From: Candidatus Geocrenenecus huangii
GTDB taxonomy: Archaea > Thermoproteota > Nitrososphaeria_A > Caldarchaeales > Wolframiiraptoraceae
Length of the DNA: 41,966 nt
NCBI GenBank assembly: GCA_023254095.1
Contig: JALNLM010000008.1
Span: forward strand, 1 to 41,966
Reading direction: 5' to 3'
Part shown: positions 8,209 to 17,913 of the stretch, piece after piece
Layout: every line of letters starts with the position of its first letter
How positions within the stretch are numbered: position 1 is the stretch's first letter
Program-made: the position numbers and the translations under genes
The notes under the pieces: model-generated
Database searches by the model: none
Seen by the model: the letters and a program-made list of their open reading frames with translations, nothing else
What the model was told of the DNA's origin: nothing

Positions 8209-8815
8209 CCAACTTATCCATCAATTCACGTAATTCTTCTTCTACATTAATTGACCTAGCCCTCAGATATAGGTATCCTCTATCAATATTTTCGAGATTT
8301 TTGTAGAGGATTTTCAACGCCAAATCAATTTCTCTGAGTCCCCCACGTTTAAGGAGGATGATAACATAATCTTCCGGTGCTAGAATCCTTGTATTTATTA
8401 TTGTTTTAGAGAGCCTCTTTACCATCTCATCATCCCATCTAAGGGGCTCAGGCTCACTAGAAAAAACTAGAAAGTTGTTCATCTGACTATCTAGAATCGT
8501 CAGACAATTAGTTTCCTCTAAAAGTTTCTCAAAATGCGACTCGGTTAAAATAGCCGTAAGTTCCTGGAAACTTATTCTTCTTACTGCAAACCGTATATCT
8601 CTCGACCAATAAGGTATTCCATAGAAATTCACTGCATAATCGCTTATCAATGCATATGTTATGTTAGATTCTTCAAGTAATTTTGAGACACGTATTATAG
8701 TATGTTGGATAGGCCTCATCCACGGCATCATCTCATCAACATATGATAGTATGTCAATATTTCTGTACGAGTCTACTTCCTTTTTGATTCTTTCAATTTC
8801 ACGTTCATCCAGCAT
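8198..8815 (-). CDS. Nucleotidyltransferase-fold protein (DUF6036-like) with degenerate active site
   Basis: YALISDYAVNFYGIPYWSRDIRF aligns to the Y.lIGG.Av..yG.pR.T.DiD pattern; APEDYVIILLK and IDRGYLYLRA match the C-terminal part of the family. Confidence 0.6.
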   Translation of the reverse strand: MLDEREIERIKKEVDSYRNIDILSYVDEMMPWMRPIQHTIIRVSKLLEESNITYALISDYAVNFYGIPYWSRDIRFAVRRISFQELTAILTESHFEKLLEETNCLTILDSQMNNFLVFSSEPEPLRWDDEMVKRLSKTIINTRILAPEDYVIILLKRGGLREIDLALKILYKNLENIDRGYLYLRARSINVEEELRELMDKLANV

Positions 8816-8860
8816 ACAGACTTATAAAATGATAGAATAATATAAGATTGTCCTAGTAAT

Positions 8861-9673
8861 TCATAATAGATTGTAGTATAAGGTTAGTATGCTAAGATAT
8901 GATAAGATTAATGAAGCGGGTAAACTTTTCTCCCATCCAACCCCTCTTGAATGTGTGAGGGCTGAAGCAATCATCACCAACTGTATTACGTGGGCCACGA
9001 TGAACAATAATTGAAGTAGCGGAGTTATCATAGTAATCTGAATATTTAGCTGCTGGAGGAGTAAGATAAATGCGAGATAGGCGTCTATGGGGATGAATGA
9101 GAAGAAGACCCCGACTAGTAGTCCACTAAATCCTCCCTTATATGGGGAGAGAATCTCTCCGGAAAGTAAGACATATCCCAACACTATGCTTAAGCTGATA
9201 ATAGAAGTTGTAAGGCTCCCGCTAGACGGATTTAAAGAGATGTGGAGTATCACCATTCTTAGAGGCATAACATACAGGAGCATGACGGCGATTACCATAA
9301 GCGTTATCCCTAATGCAAGATATCTAGAAGGCTTATTAGATATCCTCTCCATCAATGAGGCCATCGACATCATTCTAAGGATGCTAGTAGATGGGGAAGC
9401 CCTCGTTTCCGCACCCATATCTCTCATCATCTTTTCTACTACAATCAATCCTTTTTCATTCAGCACATATCTACCTCTACTAACCTGGCTCACCAAAGGC
9501 TTCAGGAACTCTAAGTGATAGTATAGTGTCCCATAGCTTACATTTAGTAGTAGTTTAAGCTGAGTAGCATTCATCTCTCCACGAGTGTATAGTAGAGTTA
9601 GGATTTCTCTTCTTAGAGGATTCTTCAAAAGATTATAGACCTGTACTAAGTCGATAGCTTCCTTAGACTCCAT
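8861..9673 (-). CDS. Membrane-anchored transcription regulator: ArsR-like winged HTH plus about 5 TM helices
   Basis: LKNPLRREILTLL...SYGTLYYHLEFL...YVLNEKG, followed by a strongly hydrophobic C-terminal half. Confidence 0.8.
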   Translation of the reverse strand: MESKEAIDLVQVYNLLKNPLRREILTLLYTRGEMNATQLKLLLNVSYGTLYYHLEFLKPLVSQVSRGRYVLNEKGLIVVEKMMRDMGAETRASPSTSILRMMSMASLMERISNKPSRYLALGITLMVIAVMLLYVMPLRMVILHISLNPSSGSLTTSIISLSIVLGYVLLSGEILSPYKGGFSGLLVGVFFSFIPIDAYLAFILLLQQLNIQITMITPLLQLLFIVAHVIQLVMIASALTHSRGVGWEKSLPASLILSYLSILTLYYNLL

Positions 9674-9978
9674 CTTCCATGATATAACAAATCTACTCCC
9701 TCATATATTTCTCCTAGATGATTCTCCGACTTCCTTCATGGATTATGAGCAAAACATATCTAGAAGCACGTATATCACATTCATCCACTATTGAGCCTTA
9801 ACCATTTCTTATATAGATAAAGGCAATCTAAATATTTGAGTGGGTGATTAAACTAGGAGGGAAATACGCAGCTTGTTAACCTAGCTCAATGTTAAGATAG
9901 ACTATACATAGATAAACTTCGAAAAATCTCGAAAAAGGAAAAATTATTAATTAATCTGGAATATTTAAGAACGAGAAG

Positions 9979-11481
9979 ATGACGAAGACTCTTGCGTTAT
10001 TTCTTATATTCTTGTTACTAATTTCTACAGGTTTAGCTACAGCTTTAAGCCAGGATGGTTCTTCTATATCATCTGATAGAACGCTTAAAGATAAAGTAGA
10101 AAGCCTACTAGAGGAGGTTGGAAAACTCTTAAGTGAAGCTAGACAAGAAATAGAGCAGGCAGGAGATGCTGGTCTGGATGTAAAGATCTATAGAGAGATT
10201 CTTGAAGCGGCTGAACTGAAATATCAAGAGGGGCTGGAACTCTATAAAAGAGGAGAACACGATAAAGCATTCTCGACACTAGTATATGCGAAGACAAGGA
10301 TCCAAATAATCATAAAGGCCTTACAAGGAATAGTTGGCGGAAAGATCTCTGTAAAACCTTCAATCCAAGAGGTCCAGAGTAAGCTTGAGTCATTAAAGAA
10401 GAAGTATGATGAATTAGAATCGATTGTAGTTCAATTTATTGAAGAAGAACCTTTAGAAAAACTACTTAGTCAAGCTCGTGACCTCATTAGTAAGGCTGAA
10501 GACATATTAGATAAAAACCCTCAGACTGCATATTCTCTACTAGTTAAGGCTGAGACTGTCCTAAGACAAGTTGAGGAAGCCGTCGGGGTCTCCCATACAA
10601 CAGTAGCAACGAAAGAGACCGAAACCTCGCATACGTCTATTCAGCCTATTACTCCATCCACAAAGATGGAGAATACGGTTAGCACTACCCTCTACATACA
10701 ACAATCTTCTTCCACGGAATCGGAGACTGTTAGAGAAGGTGAAGTCAATATAGAGTTAGAGAGGAAAGATGGAGAATACAGGGTTGTTGTGGAGCATGTA
10801 GAATATCTTATCCAGTATGAGAATGGCACAATACTAATTAGTAGAGAGAAGATAATTACAATAGGAAATAAAACTATTGTTTCTATTAGTAAGGAGCTTG
10901 TCTATGGTATGAATGAATCCAGAAACATAGGTCAAGTATCAGTCGAACAAGAACGGAATATCGTAGGTGCATGGTTTAAAATCTTTAAGGATGCTCCACC
11001 GGAAGTCTATAGACTCGATGAAGCAATCGAAGCCCAGATAATGGAGGCTGAGAAGAATAGAGTTAAGGTTAGGCTTAAGGCTCCAGACAATACTTCAGGC
11101 AGGCTCTTCATAGTAGAGCTTTCCCCAGAAGTTGTAGACCTTGAGAATATCATGGGATTTAATCTTACAGTCAATAATGAGAAAGCTATTCTAGCTTCAA
11201 GCTTCCTAGACCTCGCTTCTGGAATATACGATCAGCCAGCATACGTCTTTATAATCTCAGCAAGAGGAATACAGGTCCTCTTGTACATCCCCCACTTCAG
11301 TGAATACATAGTTGAGATAAACGCGGTAATACAGAAGGTCATCGAAGTATTCAAAGAAAACCTTCAGAGAATCTTCACTATACAAGTAGCAACATATACA
11401 ACTGTAACAGCTACAATCATACTAATAGCATCAACAGCGATCATAATAAATCAGAAAAGACGCTTACAGAAAATAGGGTAG
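9979..11481 (+). CDS. Cell-surface (glyco)protein with signal peptide, helical repeats, S/T-rich linker and C-terminal TM anchor
   Basis: N-terminal hydrophobic signal, two helical-bundle repeats, Ser/Thr-rich segment at about aa 205-250, beta-rich domain ending YIPHFSEY, TM plus basic tail KRR. Sequons NGT, NKT, NES, NTS, NLT. Confidence 0.75.
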   Translation: MTKTLALFLIFLLLISTGLATALSQDGSSISSDRTLKDKVESLLEEVGKLLSEARQEIEQAGDAGLDVKIYREILEAAELKYQEGLELYKRGEHDKAFSTLVYAKTRIQIIIKALQGIVGGKISVKPSIQEVQSKLESLKKKYDELESIVVQFIEEEPLEKLLSQARDLISKAEDILDKNPQTAYSLLVKAETVLRQVEEAVGVSHTTVATKETETSHTSIQPITPSTKMENTVSTTLYIQQSSSTESETVREGEVNIELERKDGEYRVVVEHVEYLIQYENGTILISREKIITIGNKTIVSISKELVYGMNESRNIGQVSVEQERNIVGAWFKIFKDAPPEVYRLDEAIEAQIMEAEKNRVKVRLKAPDNTSGRLFIVELSPEVVDLENIMGFNLTVNNEKAILASSFLDLASGIYDQPAYVFIISARGIQVLLYIPHFSEYIVEINAVIQKVIEVFKENLQRIFTIQVATYTTVTATIILIASTAIIINQKRRLQKIG

Positions 11482-11490
11482 GAAAGTAAA

Positions 11491-11814
11491 GGCGGCGGCA
11501 GCCCCCGAAGATGGTAGGAGGAACAGAGGCCTCGACACATAAGAAGATGTCCTGCACGTTACCACACAGCGGCCCCGCCGCATCTTAGTGCTGCTCCCTC
11601 CCGGACCTAACACGGTTCGATGCGTAAGGAAGATGGAGCCTACTCCTACGAGTAGGGCATCCTCCTACGGAGCCCCGTGTGGACGCACACTCATTCATTT
11701 CTCATGTGTTGTACCTTTGCTCCTCCTACGCTCTTTCAGGTTATCTGGCCCCCGCATGTAGCCCGTTTCGGGTTACAGGGAAGGGCTAGCTCCCCGGCCC
11801 TACCTGCCGCCGCC
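11491..11814 (-). ncRNA. ffs: Archaeal signal recognition particle RNA (7S RNA)
   Basis: Complementary termini GGCGGCGGCAG...CTGCCGCCGCC; Alu-like 5' region GGCCGGGGAGCTAGCCCTTCCCTGTAACCCGAAACGGGC; helix 6 CCTACTC-GTAG-GAGTAGG; helix 8 TTAGGTCC-GGGA-GGGAGCAGCA. Confidence 0.95.
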
Positions 11815-11867
11815 AATAATGTTATATCAGACTCTGAGATATAACTTTTTTATAATCTTTCTTTTCG

Positions 11868-12116
11868 TCAAGTCTTTTCTAGACTATTTTCATTATAGTC
11901 TTCAAGAGTTCTCTTCGGTCTTAATACTACATCTACTGATCCTATTCTCTTCAAGTGTTGAAGTATTCTTCTTATTGTTCTTGGTTTGAGGCCTAAGGTT
12001 TTAGCGATTTCTCTAGAAGATTTCGGTCCATTATTCCTCAGATACATTAGTATCCTCATATATTCTGGTGGTATTGTTGTGTCAGGAAACTTCTTAAATC
12101 TCCAAAGATACACCAT
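11868..12116 (-). CDS. Small winged-HTH protein
   Basis: ILMYLRNNGPKSSREIAKTLGLKPRTIRRILQHLKRIGSV is a typical wHTH. Confidence 0.8.
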   Translation of the reverse strand: MVYLWRFKKFPDTTIPPEYMRILMYLRNNGPKSSREIAKTLGLKPRTIRRILQHLKRIGSVDVVLRPKRTLEDYNENSLEKT

Positions 12117-12189
12117 GAATAATCTGTATCATCTAATGTTAGCCTCCTAATTATTCTTTAGAAGTTAAAGCAAGGTGTATGCATAGCTT

Positions 12190-13167
12190 CTACTTCTTTT
12201 TCCATACTTCCGGGTTAACGATAGACTCCGTTGTTTCTCCCATAAGTACTTTTAAGACGTTTAATGCAGCTTTCCTCTGAATCTCATATATTGTCTCCTC
12301 GCTATACCACGCCATGTGAGGTGTGATCAACAGGTTTCCTAGAGATAGAAGCTTATCTCCTAGTTTCAGGGGTTCTCCTTCAACTACATCTAACGCTGCT
12401 GAGGCAATCCATCCTTCTCTTAGAGCCTTGTATAAGGCTTCACAATCTACTACTGGTCCCCTAGCAGTATTCACCAATATCGCCGTAGGCTTCATTAATC
12501 TCAATTTTTCCTCATTTATTAAATGATGTGTTTCTCTAGTTAGAGGTGTATGGATTAGGATTGCGTCAGATTCTCTCAGCAAATAATCCAGCTCCACTTT
12601 CTCTATACCCAATTCATAGAATACTTTTTCTTCTACGTATGGATCGTAAGCGATTATTCTCGTATTGAAGAATTTAAGCCTCTTGGCCACTTCTCTCCCT
12701 ATCCTTCCTAATCCTACAATGCCTACTGTGCTTGACTTCAATAATCTGATCGGCATGAGACTCCGATAACTCCAAACGCCTCTTCTAACATTCATGTCGG
12801 CCTGCGTAAGCTTCCTCCAACAGGCTAACAGTAGAGCCAGTGTATGCTCAGCGATAGAAGAAACATCGTAGACCACATTTGTAACTACTATACCCTTCTC
12901 CGTAGCTGCCTGAACATCAACGTTATCCACGCCTATACCATATCTCGAGACTACTTTCAATCTAGGCAGGTTCTCTATGACTCTTCTAGTGATAGGGGCA
13001 TAGTCAACTATTATACCGTCGGCATCCCATGCGCATCTAATTACATCTTCCTCGCTTATACAATCATATTTGAATAAGTCTGCAATACTTAGCAAGACTT
13101 CTCTCTCAGGGTCTATGCTGGGATAGTCTCCATCGGTTATCACGACTTTAAGCCTTCTACCACTCAT
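12190..13167 (-). CDS. D-2-hydroxyacid dehydrogenase (CtBP/SerA-like)
   Basis: GIGVDNVD, GIVGLGRIG, HTPLT, NTARG, LDVVEGEP and TPHMAWYS motifs. Confidence 0.9.
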   Translation of the reverse strand: MSGRRLKVVITDGDYPSIDPEREVLLSIADLFKYDCISEEDVIRCAWDADGIIVDYAPITRRVIENLPRLKVVSRYGIGVDNVDVQAATEKGIVVTNVVYDVSSIAEHTLALLLACWRKLTQADMNVRRGVWSYRSLMPIRLLKSSTVGIVGLGRIGREVAKRLKFFNTRIIAYDPYVEEKVFYELGIEKVELDYLLRESDAILIHTPLTRETHHLINEEKLRLMKPTAILVNTARGPVVDCEALYKALREGWIASAALDVVEGEPLKLGDKLLSLGNLLITPHMAWYSEETIYEIQRKAALNVLKVLMGETTESIVNPEVWKKK

Positions 13168-13253
13168 TTACTTCTAGATACCGAGATAACTTATTAAACC
13201 ATACCTAGCCTGGAAAAGATATATTAGATGTCGATTCTTTAATTTGTGGGGTT

Positions 13254-14156
13254 ATGTTTAAGCCAAAGTTTACTGGGGTACTATGTCCAATTATTACTCC
13301 GTTTAGAGCTGATGGAACAATATACAGAGAAGGAATTAGAAATCTAGTTAGCTTCTTGTCTGAGAAAAATATTGATGGATTATTTGTCTGCGGCACCTTC
13401 GGTTTAGGTCCAGCGCTAACTATAGAGGAGAGGAAGAAGACTGTGGAATATGTAGTAGAGTCAATGGATAGGTTCATGAACGTGATCGTACAGATTGGAT
13501 CTACAAATCTAGAGACTTCTCTTGAATTAGCAAAACATGCTGAAAAAAGTGGTGCGGACGCAATAGCTTCTACCCCGCCATTCTATTATAGATATAGTGA
13601 TGAGTCTATAATGCTATTTTTCGAGAATCTCATTTCCAAGGTCGATGTCCCAGTTTTTCTCTACAATATTCCATCTAGAGTGGGGTACGATGTTTCTATT
13701 CCACTACTAGAGAAGCTTGTAGAGATGGGTGTTTCAGGGATGAAAGATAGTGGGAACGATATTCTCAAATCCTATGAATACATGTATGCTGCGAGAGAAA
13801 GGAATAAAGATTTCAGTTTTCTTATAGGTACGGAGGCTCTGATGCTTCCTGCAATTATAGCTGGAGCAGATGGATGCGTCTCAGGTCTTTCGAATATTTA
13901 CCCTGAAGCCGTAGTGAAACTGTACAGATATCTGAGGAGCGGGGAGATCTCTAAAGCTGTAGACCTCCACTTCAAGATAGTTAAAGCTAGAAGGATGCTA
14001 GAAGCTGCTCAGCCTATACAGTTATGTTACGAAGTCCTCAGGTTTAGAGGGGTTGAAGTCGGCTATCCGAAGCCTATTCTTAAGAAGATTGAGCCGAGAG
14101 TGGCCGAGGAGATAATGAGGAAGCTGGAAGAAATAGGTTTGCTGGAAGATGCCTAG
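13254..14156 (+). CDS. DapA/NAL-family class I aldolase, KD(P)G-aldolase-like
   Basis: IITPF, GTFGLGP (compare GTTGLGP of crenarchaeal KDG aldolase), PPFYY, YNIP and the Schiff-base lysine in GMKDS. Confidence 0.85.
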   Translation: MFKPKFTGVLCPIITPFRADGTIYREGIRNLVSFLSEKNIDGLFVCGTFGLGPALTIEERKKTVEYVVESMDRFMNVIVQIGSTNLETSLELAKHAEKSGADAIASTPPFYYRYSDESIMLFFENLISKVDVPVFLYNIPSRVGYDVSIPLLEKLVEMGVSGMKDSGNDILKSYEYMYAARERNKDFSFLIGTEALMLPAIIAGADGCVSGLSNIYPEAVVKLYRYLRSGEISKAVDLHFKIVKARRMLEAAQPIQLCYEVLRFRGVEVGYPKPILKKIEPRVAEEIMRKLEEIGLLEDA

Positions 14157-14159
14157 AAC

Positions 14160-14648
14160 CTAGCTATCTTCGCTCTTCAGCAGTTTTTTAAGTCTATAAA
14201 GTTGATTCCTTAATTCTTCAGCAGACTCTACGAATTCCCTCAACTTGACGTCTTCATCTTCTCCGTTAACCAACTCAATCTCCGGTTCTCTGAGTAGATC
14301 TTCCAGTTTCTCGTCTTCCTCCAAAACGTTATCTTGCCCTTCCATGTGTTCTTGTTCATTCTTTTCCTCAGTTTTTTCATCTAGGATCTCCCTACGTGGA
14401 GAGCCCATTAAGTTGTCTTCCATCTTTTGGTTAATCTTCTTAGCCGGTTCTTCGATTATCTCTTCTGACACAATACTTACATCTTCTAAGGTTTCTCTAC
14501 GCGGTGGACTAGATTCTCTTGGACGATGTGTCATTGGGGGTCTCACCGTTTTCTTTTCTCTTAATAGAAGCAGCGCGACGACGTAGGCTATAGTTATCAC
14601 CAACGCCAGCATTATCCACGTTGAAGGAGAGATAGGTTCTGGAGACAT
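14160..14648 (-). CDS. Single-TM acidic protein with C-terminal coiled coil, last gene of the archaellum operon
   Basis: N-terminal TM helix, E-rich disordered middle, amphipathic C-terminal helix. TAATG overlap with flaJ. Confidence 0.7.
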   Translation of the reverse strand: MSPEPISPSTWIMLALVITIAYVVALLLLREKKTVRPPMTHRPRESSPPRRETLEDVSIVSEEIIEEPAKKINQKMEDNLMGSPRREILDEKTEEKNEQEHMEGQDNVLEEDEKLEDLLREPEIELVNGEDEDVKLREFVESAEELRNQLYRLKKLLKSEDS

Positions 14649-16195
14649 TATAGTCCCCCTGTTATCTCTATCATTTCTTCTTCAAACCTTATGAAGAGAC
14701 GGAATAGTGTATCGGATGCCAGCGAGACTAGGTAGTAGATCACTCCGCTCAGAGTTAATAGTAACCCGAGGCAATAGGTTGGTGTGAACTTCGAGTCTCC
14801 TTCAACTATGTAGAGTGCTATTGAGCTTGATAAAGCTGTCACTAGTATTATCGTGTAGAAGTATGTAGAGATCTGAGAGGGGCTAATCATAGCTATTACT
14901 GGAAACCAGTCTTGTATTAGTAGGCTAAACCTGTAAAGTATTTTCGCTAGAGTTGCTATTAACGCAGCTACTGCGACTAGCGTGGCCTGTAAAGGTATAG
15001 CTAGACCTCTAAGAGTGCCGGCAACCTGTCTTCTCTTCTTTCTATCAATCAACTGTCTAATCACGTAGTCGTACACAGATTTGGCGTAGACTTCAGATCT
15101 AGCTCCGTAGAATATACTATCCGCTATTATTCTAATAGTTTTTAAGATGAGGTTGCTCAGGCTTTCCAGTCCTAGAATGTTTAGAGACTTGTTCTGCTCG
15201 AATCCCATTTCAAGCCTTCTACGTAGACGTCTAATCAGCTTGTTCAACGCTCCGTAATCATTCACCTCCAGAATGACCGAGGACGCTTTCAGGGAGTTTG
15301 TGACCGAGATGGCGTCTCCTAGAGACTTCACGAAGGATGGGTAGCTTTCATCTATCTTCTCTACTTGTTTTATCCATTTTCTCCCAATCTTCCCTACTAG
15401 GAGAAGCGGTATACCTGCAGTGATGATGGGTAGAGGTATCGGTGTTAGATTATTGATAATGGGGTTTTCTGAGCTCATGCTCTTGTTTAGCAGGATGAAT
15501 AAAATTATCGAGAAAGCGATACATGGAATAAAGATTAGTGAATTAAATTTATGGATCATCTTTAGAGAGGGTGGGGCAAGCTCTTCGGTGTGCAGTATAG
15601 GGTCAGGCGGTAAAGCCCTAGCCATCAAGAATATTATGGTGGCCAGCGTCCCGGCTATCATAAGTACAGAATAGGTTAATACCTTGTCGACTTCGACACC
15701 GTATATCATTGAGGTCAAAAGCATTGAGACGCTCAAAAAAGTTGCAGACGTTAGTAGAGCAGAGTATGCTTCAATATACCTTTTTACTCTTTCTACCGCT
15801 CTATCGAATTCTGCAGCACTTGTTTCTAGAAGCTTCTCATACTCGATCTTCATAAAGTTCTCTAAGTCTACCCCCATATTCAAAGAGTATGAAAGTCTCT
15901 GGAGGAATTTCTTGATATTATCTTCTCTAATCGTTGAGGAAACTAGCTGGATTGCTTTATGCAGTGTATAGTTCCACCTATTCACTAATAGTGATATCTT
16001 GCTAAAGATTGCTGTTAAGTCTCCGAGGGCGTATCTTGATCTTCCCGCTATGTTTATAACATCTCTAGGCGATGAGGTGACAGTCGAGAGAGAGTATAGG
16101 TGGATTATCATTATCGAGTAGAAGCCTCTAAGCTTCGCAGATTGTTCAAAATCCTCTATGAAGGCCTTTACCGTCTTCAATAATCGTTTAATCAT
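14648..16195 (-). CDS. flaJ: Archaellum membrane platform protein ArlJ (FlaJ)
   Basis: Polytopic TadC/GspF-like protein (FLQRLSYSLNMGVDLENF, YPSFVKSLG) directly downstream of flaI. Confidence 0.9.
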   Translation of the reverse strand: MIKRLLKTVKAFIEDFEQSAKLRGFYSIMIIHLYSLSTVTSSPRDVINIAGRSRYALGDLTAIFSKISLLVNRWNYTLHKAIQLVSSTIREDNIKKFLQRLSYSLNMGVDLENFMKIEYEKLLETSAAEFDRAVERVKRYIEAYSALLTSATFLSVSMLLTSMIYGVEVDKVLTYSVLMIAGTLATIIFLMARALPPDPILHTEELAPPSLKMIHKFNSLIFIPCIAFSIILFILLNKSMSSENPIINNLTPIPLPIITAGIPLLLVGKIGRKWIKQVEKIDESYPSFVKSLGDAISVTNSLKASSVILEVNDYGALNKLIRRLRRRLEMGFEQNKSLNILGLESLSNLILKTIRIIADSIFYGARSEVYAKSVYDYVIRQLIDRKKRRQVAGTLRGLAIPLQATLVAVAALIATLAKILYRFSLLIQDWFPVIAMISPSQISTYFYTIILVTALSSSIALYIVEGDSKFTPTYCLGLLLTLSGVIYYLVSLASDTLFRLFIRFEEEMIEITGGL

Positions 16196-17909
16196 ATTCC
16201 TCGATCTCCCAGATTTTTTCTCCTAGACTGATTCGCTCCAGCGTCTCCTCAACACTCCTATTGTAAGTATACTTGATGACTCTCCATATATGGAAATAGT
16301 CTAATATGTTCAATCTAGCAAGAGTGGAGAGAAGCTCAGCCCTCATCTCTAGGTCTACATAGATCTTCTTCAAGTCTCTTCTACCGATCCCCTTCATTAC
16401 GGCTATCTTATTCTCTAGAAGATGGCTACTACCCTCACCTCTAAATTCATGTAGATCCGTACTAGGCTGCCAACTGAACAACTCAATATAATCAAATCTA
16501 TTATCTTCTGGGTCGTATCCAACTATCTCATTTATCGATAATACCCTCCTCTCTACTTTCCCCGTGCTAGGTATTCTTACAGCACTTTGGACGACTACTG
16601 CGTTAAGTATGTCTATGTATGTTTTCGGGATTTCTATAGGAGAGCCTGAAAGTCTTTGGATTAACTTCTCAACACTTCCAGCATGGAATGTAGCAAGTAC
16701 AGGAGCACCCGTCTGCATCGCCTGGAAAGCCACGCTCGCTTCTTTCCCTCTAACCTCTCCAACTATAATATAGTTTGGCCTCTGCCTGAGAGCTGCCTTC
16801 AATAAATCGAATAATTCTATGCTTGAGCTCCCCGACTCGGATTGTCTTGTTACCTCTCTCACCCAGTTATCGTGGGGAACTATTATCTCAGGCGTATCTT
16901 CTATGCTTATTATCTTATAGTGGGGATTGATGAACACACATACTGCTCGTAGGAGCGTTGTCTTACCGCTAGCTGTTTCCCCGCAAAACCAGATACTCAT
17001 ATTGTTTTCGAGAAGAATCCATAGGTAAGCTGCGCCTAGAGCACTTATCCCGCCGTACTTGATTATCTGGATTATACTTATAGGTTTATCACTAAATTTC
17101 CTGATAGTAAAGTTCGTGCCCTTCATGCTTATATCTTTCCCGAATACTATGTTAATCCTAGAGCCATCCGGAAGGGATGCATCGACGATAGGGTTTCTAA
17201 AAGTTACAGGTCTGCCAGTTCTCTCCGAGAGCTTTCTAACAAAATTGTCTAACTCATACTCATCTCTAAACACTATATTAGATTGACAGCTTCCAAAAAT
17301 CTTATGCTCTACGAAAATTGGGCCAACTCCGTCACAGCTAACGTCCTCGATATACTCATCTCTAATAAAAGGTTCAAGTATTCCCATCCTTATTTTATCC
17401 ATTATCAATTGATATTCTAAAGACCTGTACGTCTCGTTGTTTACGTATATTCTTTTGTAGCCGCTCTTCTTCTCTATTCTATAATCTCCTGTCTTAAGGC
17501 TTCCATCTATCTTGATCGTATTCTTTAGAATCTTCTTCAAGACTTCTTCATGTTCTTCCACAGTTTTGAAGTCTACACTCTCATCTATCTTGGAGATTAT
17601 TAATTCTTCGACGATCTCCATTATCCTGCATATCTTCTCATTGATAGTTGGCTGGATGACAATATATGATGGTCTCTCTCCCGGCTTCACAGATTTTATA
17701 TGAATGAATATTGGATCTCCTACAGGGTACAAAATGTTTACTTCTTTAGAGTACCTCATCTCTCGGCTGAGCTGCTCAAAATATTCTGGAAGCTCCTCGC
17801 CCTTCCTAGCTAGATTATCTAGGTATCTTGCTAGATGAGGATTCTTTGAAAGAGAATCCTTAAAATTCTTGGCAAGCCTTTCCTCCATGGTCTTGACTAT
17901 TTGACTCAT
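16188..17909 (-). CDS. flaI: Archaellum motor ATPase ArlI (FlaI)
   Basis: YPVGDPIFIHI, DASLPDGSR, Walker A GETASGKTT, IEDTPE, ALRQRPNYIIVGEVRG, TFHA. Confidence 0.95.
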   Translation of the reverse strand: MSQIVKTMEERLAKNFKDSLSKNPHLARYLDNLARKGEELPEYFEQLSREMRYSKEVNILYPVGDPIFIHIKSVKPGERPSYIVIQPTINEKICRIMEIVEELIISKIDESVDFKTVEEHEEVLKKILKNTIKIDGSLKTGDYRIEKKSGYKRIYVNNETYRSLEYQLIMDKIRMGILEPFIRDEYIEDVSCDGVGPIFVEHKIFGSCQSNIVFRDEYELDNFVRKLSERTGRPVTFRNPIVDASLPDGSRINIVFGKDISMKGTNFTIRKFSDKPISIIQIIKYGGISALGAAYLWILLENNMSIWFCGETASGKTTLLRAVCVFINPHYKIISIEDTPEIIVPHDNWVREVTRQSESGSSSIELFDLLKAALRQRPNYIIVGEVRGKEASVAFQAMQTGAPVLATFHAGSVEKLIQRLSGSPIEIPKTYIDILNAVVVQSAVRIPSTGKVERRVLSINEIVGYDPEDNRFDYIELFSWQPSTDLHEFRGEGSSHLLENKIAVMKGIGRRDLKKIYVDLEMRAELLSTLARLNILDYFHIWRVIKYTYNRSVEETLERISLGEKIWEIEEYD

Positions 17910-17913
17910 CCTC

